From: a candidate division FCPU426 bacterium
Lineage (GTDB): Bacteria > Oederibacteriota > Muellerivitia > Muellerivitales > Muellerivitaceae
NCBI GenBank assembly: GCA_963847625.1
Contig: CAWKAR010000033.1
Span: forward strand, 32,001 to 96,000
Length of the DNA stretch: 64,000 nt
Direction: 5' to 3'
The position numbers and the translations under genes were made by a program. The notes below the pieces were generated by a model. That model saw only the letters and a list, made by a program, of their open reading frames with translations. It had not been told where the DNA came from and did not search any database. Position 1 is the stretch's first letter, and the number at the start of each line of letters is the position of its first letter. Of the stretch, positions 17,564 through 28,018 are shown piece by piece.

Positions 17564-19990
17564 ATGCCGAAGACCTCCACCACCTTCCTTATATTACGCT
17601 TGTTCGTCCTTTTGGTTTGGACCTGCTTGATAGGAACCGGTTCCGCGCGGGCAGGCATTACCAGCAAAGGCACCGAGTTTTGGATGACCTTCCCCCAGGG
17701 CATTTCCGCCAACGCTCTGCAGATCTTTATCACCAGCGAAACCGGAACCAACGGCCAGGTGCAGATTCCGGGTTTGGGTTTCAGCGCCTCCTTCACATTG
17801 GCGTCCTACGGCGCCACCCAGATCGCCCTGCCTGCCGGGGCCCAGGCTGTCTCCATGGACGGCATCCAGGACATCGGCATCCATGTCACGGCGGCGGACC
17901 AGGTGTCGGTGTACGGCTACAACTACACGCCGCAGGCTTCCGACGGGTACCTGGCCCTCCCGGTGGAGGCCCTGGGCGTGAGCTACATGGCCTATTCCTA
18001 CTACAACCAGACCTACAATGGGAACACCATGCTGGGAAGCGAATTCGCGGTCGTGGCCACCCAGGACTGCACCCGCGTGACCGTCACGCCCCAAATCTTC
18101 ATGACCGGGCACGCCGCCAACGTGCCCTTCACCCTGACGCTCAACCAGGGGGAGGTTTACCAGCTCCAGGACGATGACGACAACGCAGACCTGACCGGAA
18201 CCTTGATCACTTCCGACAAACCCGTGGCGGTCATCGGGGGGCACCTTTGCGATTACGTTCCCCGCTATATCCAGTCCTGCAACTACCTGGTGGAACAGTT
18301 CTGGCCTCTTCAATGGTGGGGAACAAGGTTCGCCACCATGCCCTTTGCCACGAGAACCGGCGGGGACACCCTGCGGTTCCTGGCTTGGGATGATTCCACG
18401 ACCGTCCTGGTGAACGGTTCCCTCGCGGCCTCCCTGAGCCACGGCCAGTTTTACGAGAACACCTATGCCACGCCCCTCTACATCACCTCCAACAACCCTA
18501 TCTACGTCATGCAGTACGCCAACGGACAGCTTTACGACAACAACTCCAACTCGGACCCGACCATGATATCCATCCCGCCCCTGAATGAATTAGCCTCCGA
18601 TTACCTTTTGGAGACCCCCTCCTCGGGCTTCACGGGAAATTACGAAAACATCGTGGCGCCGACCTCGTCCACGGGGTCCGTTTCCCTGGACGGCGCGCCT
18701 TTCGCCGCCTCCGGCTGGACGGCCATCCCCGGGAGCGGTTATTCCGGCTTCCAAGTCGGGACGGGAACGGGCCCGCATTATTTGACCGGCTCTGCGCCTT
18801 TCGGGGTCGTGGCTTACGGCTTCGGCCAGGCGGACGCCTACGGTTATCCGGCGGGTGTTTCCTTCAGCGCCAATACGCCGGTTCCCACCGAAACTCCCGG
18901 CGGGGCCTGTCCCACCCTGACTCCCACTCCGACCCCAACCCCCACCTCCACCCGCACCCCGAGCCCCACCCCGACCATTACTTCAACGCCTACCCTTACC
19001 AATACCCGGACTCCCACCAAGACCCCCACGGCCACTTCTACCCCTACCCTCACAAAAACCCCAACGTCCACGAACACGCCTACTCCAACACCTACCTCCT
19101 CACTCTTAACTCCTTCTTTCACTTTTACGCCCACCCCTACGAATTCGCCCACGTTGATTTTATCGGAAACGCTCACACCGACCCCGGCTTCCACCAATAC
19201 CCCCACCGATACCCCTACCGGAACACCCACGCCCACAGAAACTCCCATGAATACGGTGACACCTAGTCCGACTTCAACACCCCCCTCCACGGACACCCCA
19301 AGTCCCACGTCCACTCCTACTGGCACCCCGACTCCAACGGATTCGATGACGCCTACGGCGTCCCTCACCGCTATGCCTTCGGCTTCGCCAACTTTTTCCT
19401 ACACCTTTACCCCTACTTATTCACCGACTGATAGCCCCACCGCCTCGCCTTCGGCCTCACCAACTCCAACCTTTACTTTTACTCCTACCCCCACTAATAC
19501 CCCGACTTCTATTGTTTCACCTACACCAACTCCTTCTATTACTTTTACCTTAACCCCGATCAATTCACCGACGGATAGCCCTACTGCTTCACCTTCGCCT
19601 TCTCCAACGCCAACTTCCACCTTGACCTCAACGCCCACCAATTCGCCTACACTCACTCCCACCTCCTCACTTCTTACTCCTACCTACACTTATGCACAAA
19701 CACCACCCTCCAGCCCCTGCGAAATCCATGTTTGGCCTGTGCCGTTCAACCCGGACACGGCGGTCGGGGGGGTCTTGAAGGTTTCCTGCCTACCCCCGGG
19801 CGCGACCGTGGTTTTTTACACGGTATCGGGCGAGGAAGTGAACCGGGTGGAGGAAAAAGGGGGCATGGCGACCTGGGACGGGCTGGACCGATACGGCGCA
19901 CCCACGGCATCGGGGCTTTATTTTTACGTGATCCAGTCGGGAGGGAATGTCCTGCGGCAAGGGAAAATCATCCTGTTGAACGGACGTTGA
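17564..19990 (+). CDS. Secreted IgGFc-binding-domain-like protein with long Thr/Pro linker and C-terminal CTD/FlgD-like domain
   Basis: SKGTEFW, SDGYLALPVEALG, DLTGTLITSDKPVAVIGG, SDPTM and AYGYPAG; roughly 270 aa of TPT repeats. Confidence 0.85.
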   Translation: MPKTSTTFLILRLFVLLVWTCLIGTGSARAGITSKGTEFWMTFPQGISANALQIFITSETGTNGQVQIPGLGFSASFTLASYGATQIALPAGAQAVSMDGIQDIGIHVTAADQVSVYGYNYTPQASDGYLALPVEALGVSYMAYSYYNQTYNGNTMLGSEFAVVATQDCTRVTVTPQIFMTGHAANVPFTLTLNQGEVYQLQDDDDNADLTGTLITSDKPVAVIGGHLCDYVPRYIQSCNYLVEQFWPLQWWGTRFATMPFATRTGGDTLRFLAWDDSTTVLVNGSLAASLSHGQFYENTYATPLYITSNNPIYVMQYANGQLYDNNSNSDPTMISIPPLNELASDYLLETPSSGFTGNYENIVAPTSSTGSVSLDGAPFAASGWTAIPGSGYSGFQVGTGTGPHYLTGSAPFGVVAYGFGQADAYGYPAGVSFSANTPVPTETPGGACPTLTPTPTPTPTSTRTPSPTPTITSTPTLTNTRTPTKTPTATSTPTLTKTPTSTNTPTPTPTSSLLTPSFTFTPTPTNSPTLILSETLTPTPASTNTPTDTPTGTPTPTETPMNTVTPSPTSTPPSTDTPSPTSTPTGTPTPTDSMTPTASLTAMPSASPTFSYTFTPTYSPTDSPTASPSASPTPTFTFTPTPTNTPTSIVSPTPTPSITFTLTPINSPTDSPTASPSPSPTPTSTLTSTPTNSPTLTPTSSLLTPTYTYAQTPPSSPCEIHVWPVPFNPDTAVGGVLKVSCLPPGATVVFYTVSGEEVNRVEEKGGMATWDGLDRYGAPTASGLYFYVIQSGGNVLRQGKIILLNGR

Positions 19991-20130
19991 GCCAAAAGGA
20001 AACTAAGGGGCCAAGCTGAGTTACCCCGATTTATCGGCACCTTCATTTAGGGTGGTTCAGCCTACAAAACCCCACCCGTAAAATCATTGTCCATGACAGG
20101 TCTTGGAAGCCCTTGTGGTAAAATCAACTT

Positions 20131-20260
20131 GAAACCTCTGAAAAACTAAAAAAAGCGACCAACAGAGGTTTCGACCCCAAAGATTTCCGCAGGAAATCGT
20201 GGGGTTACCTTTAATAATTGCTGAAAAAGTTGGCGATAAGCCGACTTTTTCAGAGGTTAC
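20131..20260. mobile_element. 130-bp MITE with 5-bp target duplication
   Basis: TIRs GAAACCTCTGAAAAACT / ACTTTTTCAGAGGTTAC flanked by AACTT at 20126-20130 and 20261-20265; no ORF. Confidence 0.8.
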
Positions 20261-20322
20261 AACTTAATTCGCGAGGCGGGCGAACTATATTTCCCGGAAT
20301 GTTTTTTTAAAAGCGTGAAAAA

Positions 20323-23301
20323 TTGAATATCAAATCCCATATTAAAAAAGCCGAAATCGTTCTTACCGCTTTAGCTTTTTGGGGTATCGCCAATGGTTCC
20401 CCTTTCCGGCCTCAAGGCGGATTTTCCCAACCCCAACCCAGGCTGAATCCCGCGTTAAAAGCCCGTGCTCTGCAAGCCTACGGTGAACTCCCCTTGGCTT
20501 TTGAGATCAACCAAGGCCAGACTGACCCCGATATCAAATATCTCTGCCGGGGCCGGGGATGCGGGTTGTATATGGGGTCCTCGCAAATAGTCCTAGTTTT
20601 CAAGCATGCTGATTCACCCAGCCCTTCCCGAATTTTGGACCCAAAGAAGTTTTTTTCCAATACCCGGCGCGAAAGGCCCCGTTATTCAACGGACTTCCTA
20701 CGGATGGATCTTTTAAATGCCGATCCTCATGCCATGGCACAAGGTGAAGATCCTCTTCCTGGAGTCAGCAATTATTTTATTGGGAAGGACCCGTCCAAGT
20801 GGAGGACTGGAATTCCCCATTACGCCCGGGTCCGGATCGGCGGAGTCTATCCGGGGATTGATCTGGAATATTACGGCAACCAGGGCCGTTTGGAGCACGA
20901 TTTCGCCGTTTCTCCCGGGGCGGACCCTCGCGCCATCCAGTGGCACATTTCAGGTGCGAAGAAGTTAGAGATTGATTCCAAAGGTGCTTTGGTCTTTTCC
21001 ATTTCGGGCGGGTCCGTGGTTTTCGATCCTCCGGTTTGTTACCAGGACCTGGGGGGTCAAAAAACAGAGATCCACGGTCGTTACAAGGTTTTGGGGCCAA
21101 ACTTGGTCGGCTTTGAGATAGGGGATTACCGCAAGGACAAGGTTCTGGTCATTGACCCGGTCCTGATTTACTCGACCTTCCTGGGGGGCTCGCAGGGGGA
21201 TTCGGCGGCCGGCGTCGCCGCGGACCAGGCCGGAAATGCCTATGTCACCGGAAGCGCCTCCCAGGATTTTCCCACGACGCCAGGCGCTTTCCTCACATCC
21301 CCACCCAATCCCACTTTAATCATATTCATATCCAAGCTCGATCCGACAGGATCCACCTTAATTTATTCGACTTTCCTGGGGGGAAGCGACACTGGAAGCA
21401 ACGAGGATACTGCCCATGCAATCGCAGTGGATTCAGGTGGAAACGCCTATGTTACCGGTACAACCGATTCAACCGATTTTCCAATCACGCCTGGGGCCTA
21501 TAATACGGTGAATCCCGGTGGTTATGTCGGTTTCGTTACCAAGTTGAACGCCGCGGGGAATGGATTGGCCTATTCTACCTACCTGGGATCCGGCAGTGGA
21601 GCCGCCATTGCGCTGGATATCCCAGGCAACGCTTATGTTGCTGGAAACGCTGGCGCTAATTTTCCCACCACGGCAGGGGTTTTTCAAACCACTGGAGGTT
21701 TTCTTTTCGCCCTCAAGCTGAACACGATGGGAACAGGCCTGGTTTATTCCACCCGTTTGGGGGGTGACGGCAACATCCGCCACAGCATAGGCGGGGAAAC
21801 GGCCCAAGGAATCGAGGTCGATTCCTCGGGCGACGCTTATTTGACCGGAGGAACCTATTCCTCCAATTTCCCGACCACGCCGGGGTGCTACATGCCCAAC
21901 GATCCCGCTATCCTGGACGGGGCTGGGTATTATTCACTGGAACATGTCTTTGTGGCCAAGTTGAATTCTTCCGCAACCGCCCTGGTCTATTCGACCTACC
22001 TGGGCGGGAACTCGAACGACACGGGCTTCGGGATTGCTTTGGATTCCGCCGGAAACGCTTATGTCACGGGAAGGACTTATTCTTCCACTTTTCCCACGAC
22101 TTCCGGAGCCTTTCAAACCGCCCTTTCCACCGGGGGCCTCGATGTTTTCATCACCCAGTTGAACAGCGCGGGATCCGCGTTGGTTTACTCGACTTATTTG
22201 GGCGGCAATGGAGGGGGTACGGGAGGCGAGGAGGGTACTGGAATTGCGGTGGATGGCTGGGGAAACGCTTATGTCGTAGGCGATACTTTTTCCAGCAATT
22301 TTCCAACGACGTCGGATGCCCTCATCCCCGTATATCCCAATTCGTGGCCGGCAGCTTTCTTAACGGTATTTAACACCACGGGGGCGGGATTGCTTTATTC
22401 CACCTACCTGGGGGGGAATCTTTATGATGGGGCCTCAGCCATCGCCCTGGACCCATCGGGGGACATTTATGTCGCGGGCCATGCGCAATCCCCCAATTTC
22501 CCAACGACTTCGGGAGCTTATCAAACCACCCTCCAAGGATACTTGGACGCCTTTGTCACAAAATTCGCCTTTGTGATCGTCCAACCCACGCCAACTTTCA
22601 CTTTTACCCCGACTAACACACCCACGGTGACTAACACCCCCACGCCGACGAATACGCCCACACCGACCAATACCCCTACTAATACACCTACCCCCACCCC
22701 GACACCCACGCCTTCCTCCACGCCCACACCGACCAATACATCCACGGTGACCGACACGCCCACGCCGACGAATACGGCCACGCCAACCAACACGCTTACG
22801 GATACGCCTACCGCCACCCCGACACAAACTCCCTCTCCCACTCCTACGCCGACCGACACTCCCACCCTTACCCCGACCTCCACGCCCACTCCTACCCCTA
22901 CCCCCACTTTCACATTCACCCCAACCAACACATCAACAAACACTCCCACGCCGACATCAACGGCCACCTGGACGCCCACCTCGACGCCGACGTTCACTTG
23001 CACGCCTACCGCGACATACACTCCCCCTTGTGAAACCCATGTTTGGCCGGTGCCGTTTGACCCGGACACGGCGGTCGGGGGGGTTTTGAAGGTTTCCTGC
23101 CTGCCCCCGGGCGCGACCGTGGATTTTTACTCGGTATCGGGCGAGGAAATAAAGCGGGTGGAGGAAAAAGGGGGAATGGCGGCATGGAACGGGCGGAACC
23201 AATCCGGTGCGCCATCGTCATCCGGGATTTATTTCTACGTGATCCAGTCGGGGGGGAGCGTCCTGCGGGAAGGAAAGATCATCCTTTTGAACGGACGTTG
23301 A
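20323..23301 (+). CDS. Secreted SBBP beta-propeller repeat protein with Thr/Pro linker and C-terminal CTD/FlgD-like domain
   Basis: LAFEINQGQ and VYPGIDL N-domain; repeated [27 protein letters not shown]. Confidence 0.9.
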   Translation: MNIKSHIKKAEIVLTALAFWGIANGSPFRPQGGFSQPQPRLNPALKARALQAYGELPLAFEINQGQTDPDIKYLCRGRGCGLYMGSSQIVLVFKHADSPSPSRILDPKKFFSNTRRERPRYSTDFLRMDLLNADPHAMAQGEDPLPGVSNYFIGKDPSKWRTGIPHYARVRIGGVYPGIDLEYYGNQGRLEHDFAVSPGADPRAIQWHISGAKKLEIDSKGALVFSISGGSVVFDPPVCYQDLGGQKTEIHGRYKVLGPNLVGFEIGDYRKDKVLVIDPVLIYSTFLGGSQGDSAAGVAADQAGNAYVTGSASQDFPTTPGAFLTSPPNPTLIIFISKLDPTGSTLIYSTFLGGSDTGSNEDTAHAIAVDSGGNAYVTGTTDSTDFPITPGAYNTVNPGGYVGFVTKLNAAGNGLAYSTYLGSGSGAAIALDIPGNAYVAGNAGANFPTTAGVFQTTGGFLFALKLNTMGTGLVYSTRLGGDGNIRHSIGGETAQGIEVDSSGDAYLTGGTYSSNFPTTPGCYMPNDPAILDGAGYYSLEHVFVAKLNSSATALVYSTYLGGNSNDTGFGIALDSAGNAYVTGRTYSSTFPTTSGAFQTALSTGGLDVFITQLNSAGSALVYSTYLGGNGGGTGGEEGTGIAVDGWGNAYVVGDTFSSNFPTTSDALIPVYPNSWPAAFLTVFNTTGAGLLYSTYLGGNLYDGASAIALDPSGDIYVAGHAQSPNFPTTSGAYQTTLQGYLDAFVTKFAFVIVQPTPTFTFTPTNTPTVTNTPTPTNTPTPTNTPTNTPTPTPTPTPSSTPTPTNTSTVTDTPTPTNTATPTNTLTDTPTATPTQTPSPTPTPTDTPTLTPTSTPTPTPTPTFTFTPTNTSTNTPTPTSTATWTPTSTPTFTCTPTATYTPPCETHVWPVPFDPDTAVGGVLKVSCLPPGATVDFYSVSGEEIKRVEEKGGMAAWNGRNQSGAPSSSGIYFYVIQSGGSVLREGKIILLNGR

Positions 23302-23313
23302 ATAAATACAATG

Positions 23314-24363
23314 CTGAATTCAACCAGTAAGTGCAACACCTTGACTAAAGACCTGCTCCGGCGTTTTGAAACGAAGGCACTTGCGAGGACGATGGTTTAG
23401 GATCCGTTCCACGCGTCGTACATTCGCTGGGGTTATAGTAGCAAAATCCGTTTTCTTGGGATAGAAGCGACGAACAAGACCTGCAGTATTTTCAACACAA
23501 CCTTTCTCCCAACTGTGGAAGGGCAAACAAAAGAATGAACGAGTGCCTGAAACACGATTCACCTGGAGATGTTCGACGTTTTCGGAGCCATTGTCGTATG
23601 TGATGGTACGGCGGAGGCCTTTTGAAATCCGAACCAACCGACGGTTGATTGCGGCTCTAGTGTGGAAAGCTGATTTTTGAGGTAGCCAAGCCAGTTTCAC
23701 CAGACGACTTTTGCGCTCGACCATAACCAGAAGTGAGGGTTTGCTTTTCCGGGAGATGATGGTGTCGGCCTCCCAGTGCCCGAATTGCTGTCTTGTTTCA
23801 ACGATAGCTGGTCGTTGGGTAATGGGAGTACGTTGAGGAATATGGCTTTTGCGATGTTTTTGAGTGTGCCAACGTCGCAAACGTTTTCGATGGGCCCGGG
23901 CTAGATGAGGAATGAGGTTTCGAGCTTCGCAGTAGATGAATTGATAGATGGCTTCATGGGAAACGGAAAGTTTTGGTTTCTCCCGGCGAAGAAAACCGGC
24001 AATTTGCTCGGGCGAGAGTCCACGAGGTATTTCTCGCAGTACTAAACGGCGAATCTCAGGATTTTTAAGCCTTAAATGAGTACGTGAAAGACGGTTTCGG
24101 TGTTCTGCACGCATGTGAGCTCTGGCGGGCAGGTAGCGGCAAGATCGTATAGGAGGGGCGTTGCGCTTCAGTTCTCGGGAAATGCTGGATACATCACGGC
24201 CCAGACGGCGTGCGATTTCCCGAAGGGAGAGGCCTTCAGCATTCCAAACTGAAATTTCTTCACGTTCGGCTAACGACAGATGCTTGTAGGATGATTTCAT
24301 AGCACTTAGGATAACCCCCGGGTTCTGCCGGGTCTAAGTGTTGCACTTCGTTATTGAACTGGG
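23314..24363 (-). mobile_element. IS30 family insertion sequence (second, distinct element)
   Basis: Imperfect IRs sharing AAGTGCAACAC; possible AAT duplication at 23310-12 and 24365-67; ends may be off by 1 bp. Confidence 0.9.
23320..24300 (-). CDS. IS30 family transposase
   Basis: SSISRELKRN, GHWEADT, TYDNGSE, WEKGCVEN and LNHRPRKCL motifs. Confidence 0.96.
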   Translation of the reverse strand: MKSSYKHLSLAEREEISVWNAEGLSLREIARRLGRDVSSISRELKRNAPPIRSCRYLPARAHMRAEHRNRLSRTHLRLKNPEIRRLVLREIPRGLSPEQIAGFLRREKPKLSVSHEAIYQFIYCEARNLIPHLARAHRKRLRRWHTQKHRKSHIPQRTPITQRPAIVETRQQFGHWEADTIISRKSKPSLLVMVERKSRLVKLAWLPQKSAFHTRAAINRRLVRISKGLRRTITYDNGSENVEHLQVNRVSGTRSFFCLPFHSWEKGCVENTAGLVRRFYPKKTDFATITPANVRRVERILNHRPRKCLRFKTPEQVFSQGVALTG

Positions 24364-24541
24364 GAATTTTGAATTATGAATTTTGAATGAATAATTGTGG
24401 TGTGATTTTCAATATTGAAAATCCTCATTAATTCTTCATTAATAATCATTGCCGTCCAAACTAAACAAAATCCAGGTAACAAAGATAAATAAAATCAGGA
24501 ATCCTTTTATCTGTTAGGCGTTAAGCAAAACCAAGTCCTTT

Positions 24542-24715
24542 GCCACGGATTCAGGGGATGTGCCGATTCACCCCTAAAGCAGTTAAGGAAATCGGTACTA
24601 TACCGAACTTTCATTAAAAGCTTTAATGAGGTTCGGCATGCACTCGGATAGACCACAAAAAAAAGGCTTTAAATATTTATGTTTATAAATCCCATGAATC
24701 CCATGCATCCGTGGC
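24542..24715. repeat. REP/MITE-like element with 18-bp inverted ends and internal hairpin
   Basis: GCCACGGATTCAGGGGAT / ATCCCATGCATCCGTGGC (16 of 18 match); internal CCGAACTTTCATTAAA-AGC-TTTAATGAGGTTCGG. Confidence 0.6.
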
Positions 24716-24796
24716 TAGGTTTATTTTGGACAGGTGTGATTAATAATTATGAATTCTTAATTGATCTAAATAGGGGCTTTCGTTAATCCTTGTTCT

Positions 24797-25819
24797 TTAA
24801 CGGTTTTTCAATTGCTCAAGCCACAATTCCAAAGTCCTCATGTTTCCCAGGGAATCGGCCCAGGGCATGGGCGCGGCTTCCTTTTTTCCCTTTAGGATCG
24901 CCTCTCCCACCACGTCCGCCTCGATAGTGAAGGCCATTCTTTTTTCCACGAGTTTCAACCGCCGGGATTTAGCTTGCCCGCCGGGATATATCAAAATCTC
25001 CGAGACGCCGTTGGACCAGCGGCCCGGGTGCCAGGGGGACGGCGTGTGGATGCGGCCCTTTGATCCCCAAACCGTCACACCCACTCCCCGGTCCAGGCGG
25101 ATCCCGCATCCCACCTCGGCCAGGACGCCATTGGGGAATTGAAGGGAAGCCAGGGCCATCTCATCCACCCGGCTTTTTTTCCCGATGACGCCGGTGCCGG
25201 CCACCTTTACCGGGTCGAGGAACGGCTTGCCCAAGGCGGCGCCCGCAAGGCGGCGCGCCATGGAAACGGGATAACAGCCGATGTCCAGGATTCCCCCGCC
25301 GCCCAGCTTCTTGTTGAATAGGCGGTGCATTAAATCCACGGGCCTCTCGAAGCAAAAATAGGTTTGGATCAACCTCACTTCGCCGACGGTTTTTTTCTCC
25401 ACCAACTCCACCAACCGGGCGGTTTGGGGATGGCATCGGTACATGAAGGCCTCCATGAGAAACACCCGGTTGGCCTTTGCGGCCATTACGACCTCCCGCG
25501 CTTCCCGGAAGTTCATGGTCAAGGGCTTTTCACAAAGCACGTGCTTGCCCGCACGCGCGGCCCGGATGGACCATTCGGCGTGGTAAGGGTGGGGCGTAGC
25601 GATATAGACGGCCTCCACCTCGGGATCGTCCAGCAACGCCTGATAGGAGCCGTAAGCAAGGGGGATTTTGAATTCCTCCGCGAAATTCGAGGCTGAAGCG
25701 CGCGCGCGGCTGGCCACGGCCAGTAATTTTCCGGTTTTGGTATATTTCAACGCCTCCGCGAATTCCCTGGCGATGACCCCCGTGGAAAGGATGCCCCAAT
25801 TCACCTTTTTAGGACCCAT
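24797..25819 (-). CDS. Gfo/Idh/MocA family oxidoreductase
   Basis: WGILSTGVIA, AGKHVLCEKP, LMEAFMYR and GGGILDIGCY motifs. Confidence 0.95.
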   Translation of the reverse strand: MGPKKVNWGILSTGVIAREFAEALKYTKTGKLLAVASRARASASNFAEEFKIPLAYGSYQALLDDPEVEAVYIATPHPYHAEWSIRAARAGKHVLCEKPLTMNFREAREVVMAAKANRVFLMEAFMYRCHPQTARLVELVEKKTVGEVRLIQTYFCFERPVDLMHRLFNKKLGGGGILDIGCYPVSMARRLAGAALGKPFLDPVKVAGTGVIGKKSRVDEMALASLQFPNGVLAEVGCGIRLDRGVGVTVWGSKGRIHTPSPWHPGRWSNGVSEILIYPGGQAKSRRLKLVEKRMAFTIEADVVGEAILKGKKEAAPMPWADSLGNMRTLELWLEQLKNR

Positions 25820-26050
25820 GGATTAACCTCTTTTTGAATTTGGCTTAATAATACCTACCCTTATGCCGGTTTCATTCTACCAGCCGTTACGGGACTGGGC
25901 TATGGAGGTTAAAAGGTGGGAAAATCCAAAAAGAAAATATTTCAACAGCTAGATTTTCTTCGCACTATTGTTCCTTGATTGATGAAATGTTCGGCATAAA
26001 CGCCCCAAAAGGGATTATCCTTACTCCAATGGAAACAATCTACAGCGGGT

Positions 26051-26383
26051 TTGAAAATGCCGGAGATTGAAATGGACCTGGACCGGAAGATCCTGGCACT
26101 CTTAAGGGAACGAGGCTCGGAATTGAGCCGCCCCCACGAGGTCGAGTTTTATATTTATTTCCGGACGGAAAAAGACGCCCTGGAGGCGTCCCCCGGGATC
26201 GCCGGGGCGGGATATCACGTCCAGGTTCTCCAGGATTCCTCGGGGGACCGTTGGTTGTGCCTGGCCCGGAGGGCCATGGTGCCCACCCTTGGGGCGATCG
26301 GGAAGGCCCATGAGGAGCTTCAAAAAGCGTCCCGGCCTTTCAACGGCTTCTGCGGGGGATGGGCGACCCAGGTTGAACATTAA
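26051..26383 (+). CDS. RraB-like (ribonuclease E inhibitor B fold) protein
   Basis: LRERGSELSRPHEVEFYIYF...GFCGGW, against the typical G.YDGW ending. Confidence 0.7.
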   Translation: MKMPEIEMDLDRKILALLRERGSELSRPHEVEFYIYFRTEKDALEASPGIAGAGYHVQVLQDSSGDRWLCLARRAMVPTLGAIGKAHEELQKASRPFNGFCGGWATQVEH

Positions 26384-26545
26384 GGAAACGAGGAATCCAT
26401 TTCTTTAATCCGATTTTCCGGGTCTTATAGGAGCTTTTGGTCAAAAAACTAGAAAAAGCGCCTTTTCTCCGATATCTTGGTTTCGGTCGGTGAGGCTTCT
26501 TGAAGAGCCGTAGGACGTGGAAAGAGTGATAAAAGGAAAGGTCCC

Positions 26546-26998
26546 TTGATCAACAAGATCGCCCAGGAACTCAAGCTCACGGTGGTCAACGCCAAGCCCA
26601 GCCACCTGCCTTTTTTGGGGGAAATCCAACATGCCACCACGCCGCGGTGGTACAGGAAACCCTACCTGAGGGAAGCCATCCGGAAAAAACGGGCTTTCGT
26701 GGCCATGCAGGGCCGCATCCCCTGCGGGGTCCTGGTCTGGACCAACGACTTTTACGGCCATTACTTCATCGACCTGGTCGCGGTGCACCCGGAGTTCCGG
26801 GGAAAAGGCGCGGCCATGGCCCTGATCCGGCGCATGGAAACCCTTTGCCGGGGAAAAAAACTGTTCACCTCCACCAACCGCTCCAACAAACACATGCAGC
26901 ACGTTTTAAGGAAAGCCGGCTACGTGAAGGCCGGTTTCATCACCCACCTGGAGCGGAGCGATCCGGAATGGGTTTATTACAAGAAAATCCCCGAATAA
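26546..26998 (+). CDS. GNAT family N-acetyltransferase
   Basis: VAVHPEFRGKGAA and FTSTNRSN motifs. Confidence 0.88.
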   Translation: MINKIAQELKLTVVNAKPSHLPFLGEIQHATTPRWYRKPYLREAIRKKRAFVAMQGRIPCGVLVWTNDFYGHYFIDLVAVHPEFRGKGAAMALIRRMETLCRGKKLFTSTNRSNKHMQHVLRKAGYVKAGFITHLERSDPEWVYYKKIPE

Positions 26999-27070
26999 AC
27001 CGGCCTGGCGGAATAATTTCCTTCCTGAATAGCTTTTCCTGGGTCGGCGTTCCGGCTTTTGGAAAATTCC

Positions 27071-27307
27071 TTATGTTTTCAGGGTTTCTTCCAGCATTTT
27101 CGCCAGGACTTGGCAGCAACAATCAAAGGCCATTTTCTGTTGGCCGGGGCCCGAATCCTCCGAGAACTTCAATCGGGGGCTTTGGTGGTGTTCAGGACAG
27201 TCCAGGTGAGAAACCTTTTCCTGCATGGACTTGAGGACGGCCTCCAAGGCGTCTTTCTGCAACTTTTTTTGGAAACTATCGCTTTCCTGGGAAATAAAGG
27301 AATCCAT
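27071..27307 (-). CDS. Small hypothetical protein, possibly metal-binding
   Basis: GGAGG RBS; CPEH..CCC residues. Confidence 0.6.
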   Translation of the reverse strand: MDSFISQESDSFQKKLQKDALEAVLKSMQEKVSHLDCPEHHQSPRLKFSEDSGPGQQKMAFDCCCQVLAKMLEETLKT

Positions 27308-27322
27308 CCGGCGCCTCCATTC

Positions 27323-27355
27323 AAAAAAAAAGCCCGTCCTTTTGGGACGGGCTTT
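27323..27355 (-). terminator. Rho-independent terminator after the LysM gene
   Basis: GCCCGTCC/GGACGGGC stem followed by T9 on the minus strand. Confidence 0.85.
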
Positions 27356-27369
27356 AGGTCATCCGACGG

Positions 27370-27795
27370 TTAAAAATAATCCAAAGGCAAGGTTTGGCGG
27401 GGCTTGGAATGGGGCACATACTTCGGTGTTTTCAAGGCTAAATCCCTGGCATGCGAAACTTCAGCCTTGCTCACTCCCTTCAGGATTTTGAAATCCTGCT
27501 TGGGATAGATCAAATCTGGGTCCTTGATGGTGTCGCGGTTGGCCTTGAAAATCAAAGGCCACTGGAAATTATCGCTATAAACATCCGTTTTTCCGGCGAT
27601 GCCCCAAAGGGTATCGTGCGCTACCACCAAATACTTGCCGGAGGCAACTTTCGAAGCCTTGACCGACACCTCTTCGTTGGAGGCTTTTTTCTTCGGGACT
27701 TCCGTGCTTTCAATGCGCTTGTTTGTACCGCAGCCATAGGTCAGTGTGAAGGCGGCCGCTAAAGACATAGCCAAAACAATTTTTGATCCCTTCAT
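27370..27795 (-). CDS. LysM-domain lipoprotein
   Basis: Lipobox-like TYGC; YLVVAHDTLWGIA..WPLIFKANRDTIKDPDLIYPKQ. Confidence 0.88.
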   Translation of the reverse strand: MKGSKIVLAMSLAAAFTLTYGCGTNKRIESTEVPKKKASNEEVSVKASKVASGKYLVVAHDTLWGIAGKTDVYSDNFQWPLIFKANRDTIKDPDLIYPKQDFKILKGVSKAEVSHARDLALKTPKYVPHSKPRQTLPLDYF

Positions 27796-28018
27796 ATTTC
27801 AACTCCTTGATGTAGTGCCAACTTGTGTAACGGTTATTTTGCCCTTAAAAGCCCGACGAATCAAGGGATTTAAAGTCTCTTTGGGGAAAGAATACGGCCA
27901 TTCAAGGCAATAAAAACCGTGAAAAGGGCCGGGTTTAAAAAGAAATAAAGTAAAATTTTCACTCATATCCGAGGATAACCGCTTTGAGATTGCGCAGTCA
28001 CTTTTAAAACCGGTTGTT

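Noticed and set aside
18844..23069. Val/Gly-rich minus-strand ORFs (18844..19368, 19417..19662, 22521..23069)
   Set aside because: They are antisense shadows of the Thr/Pro linkers.
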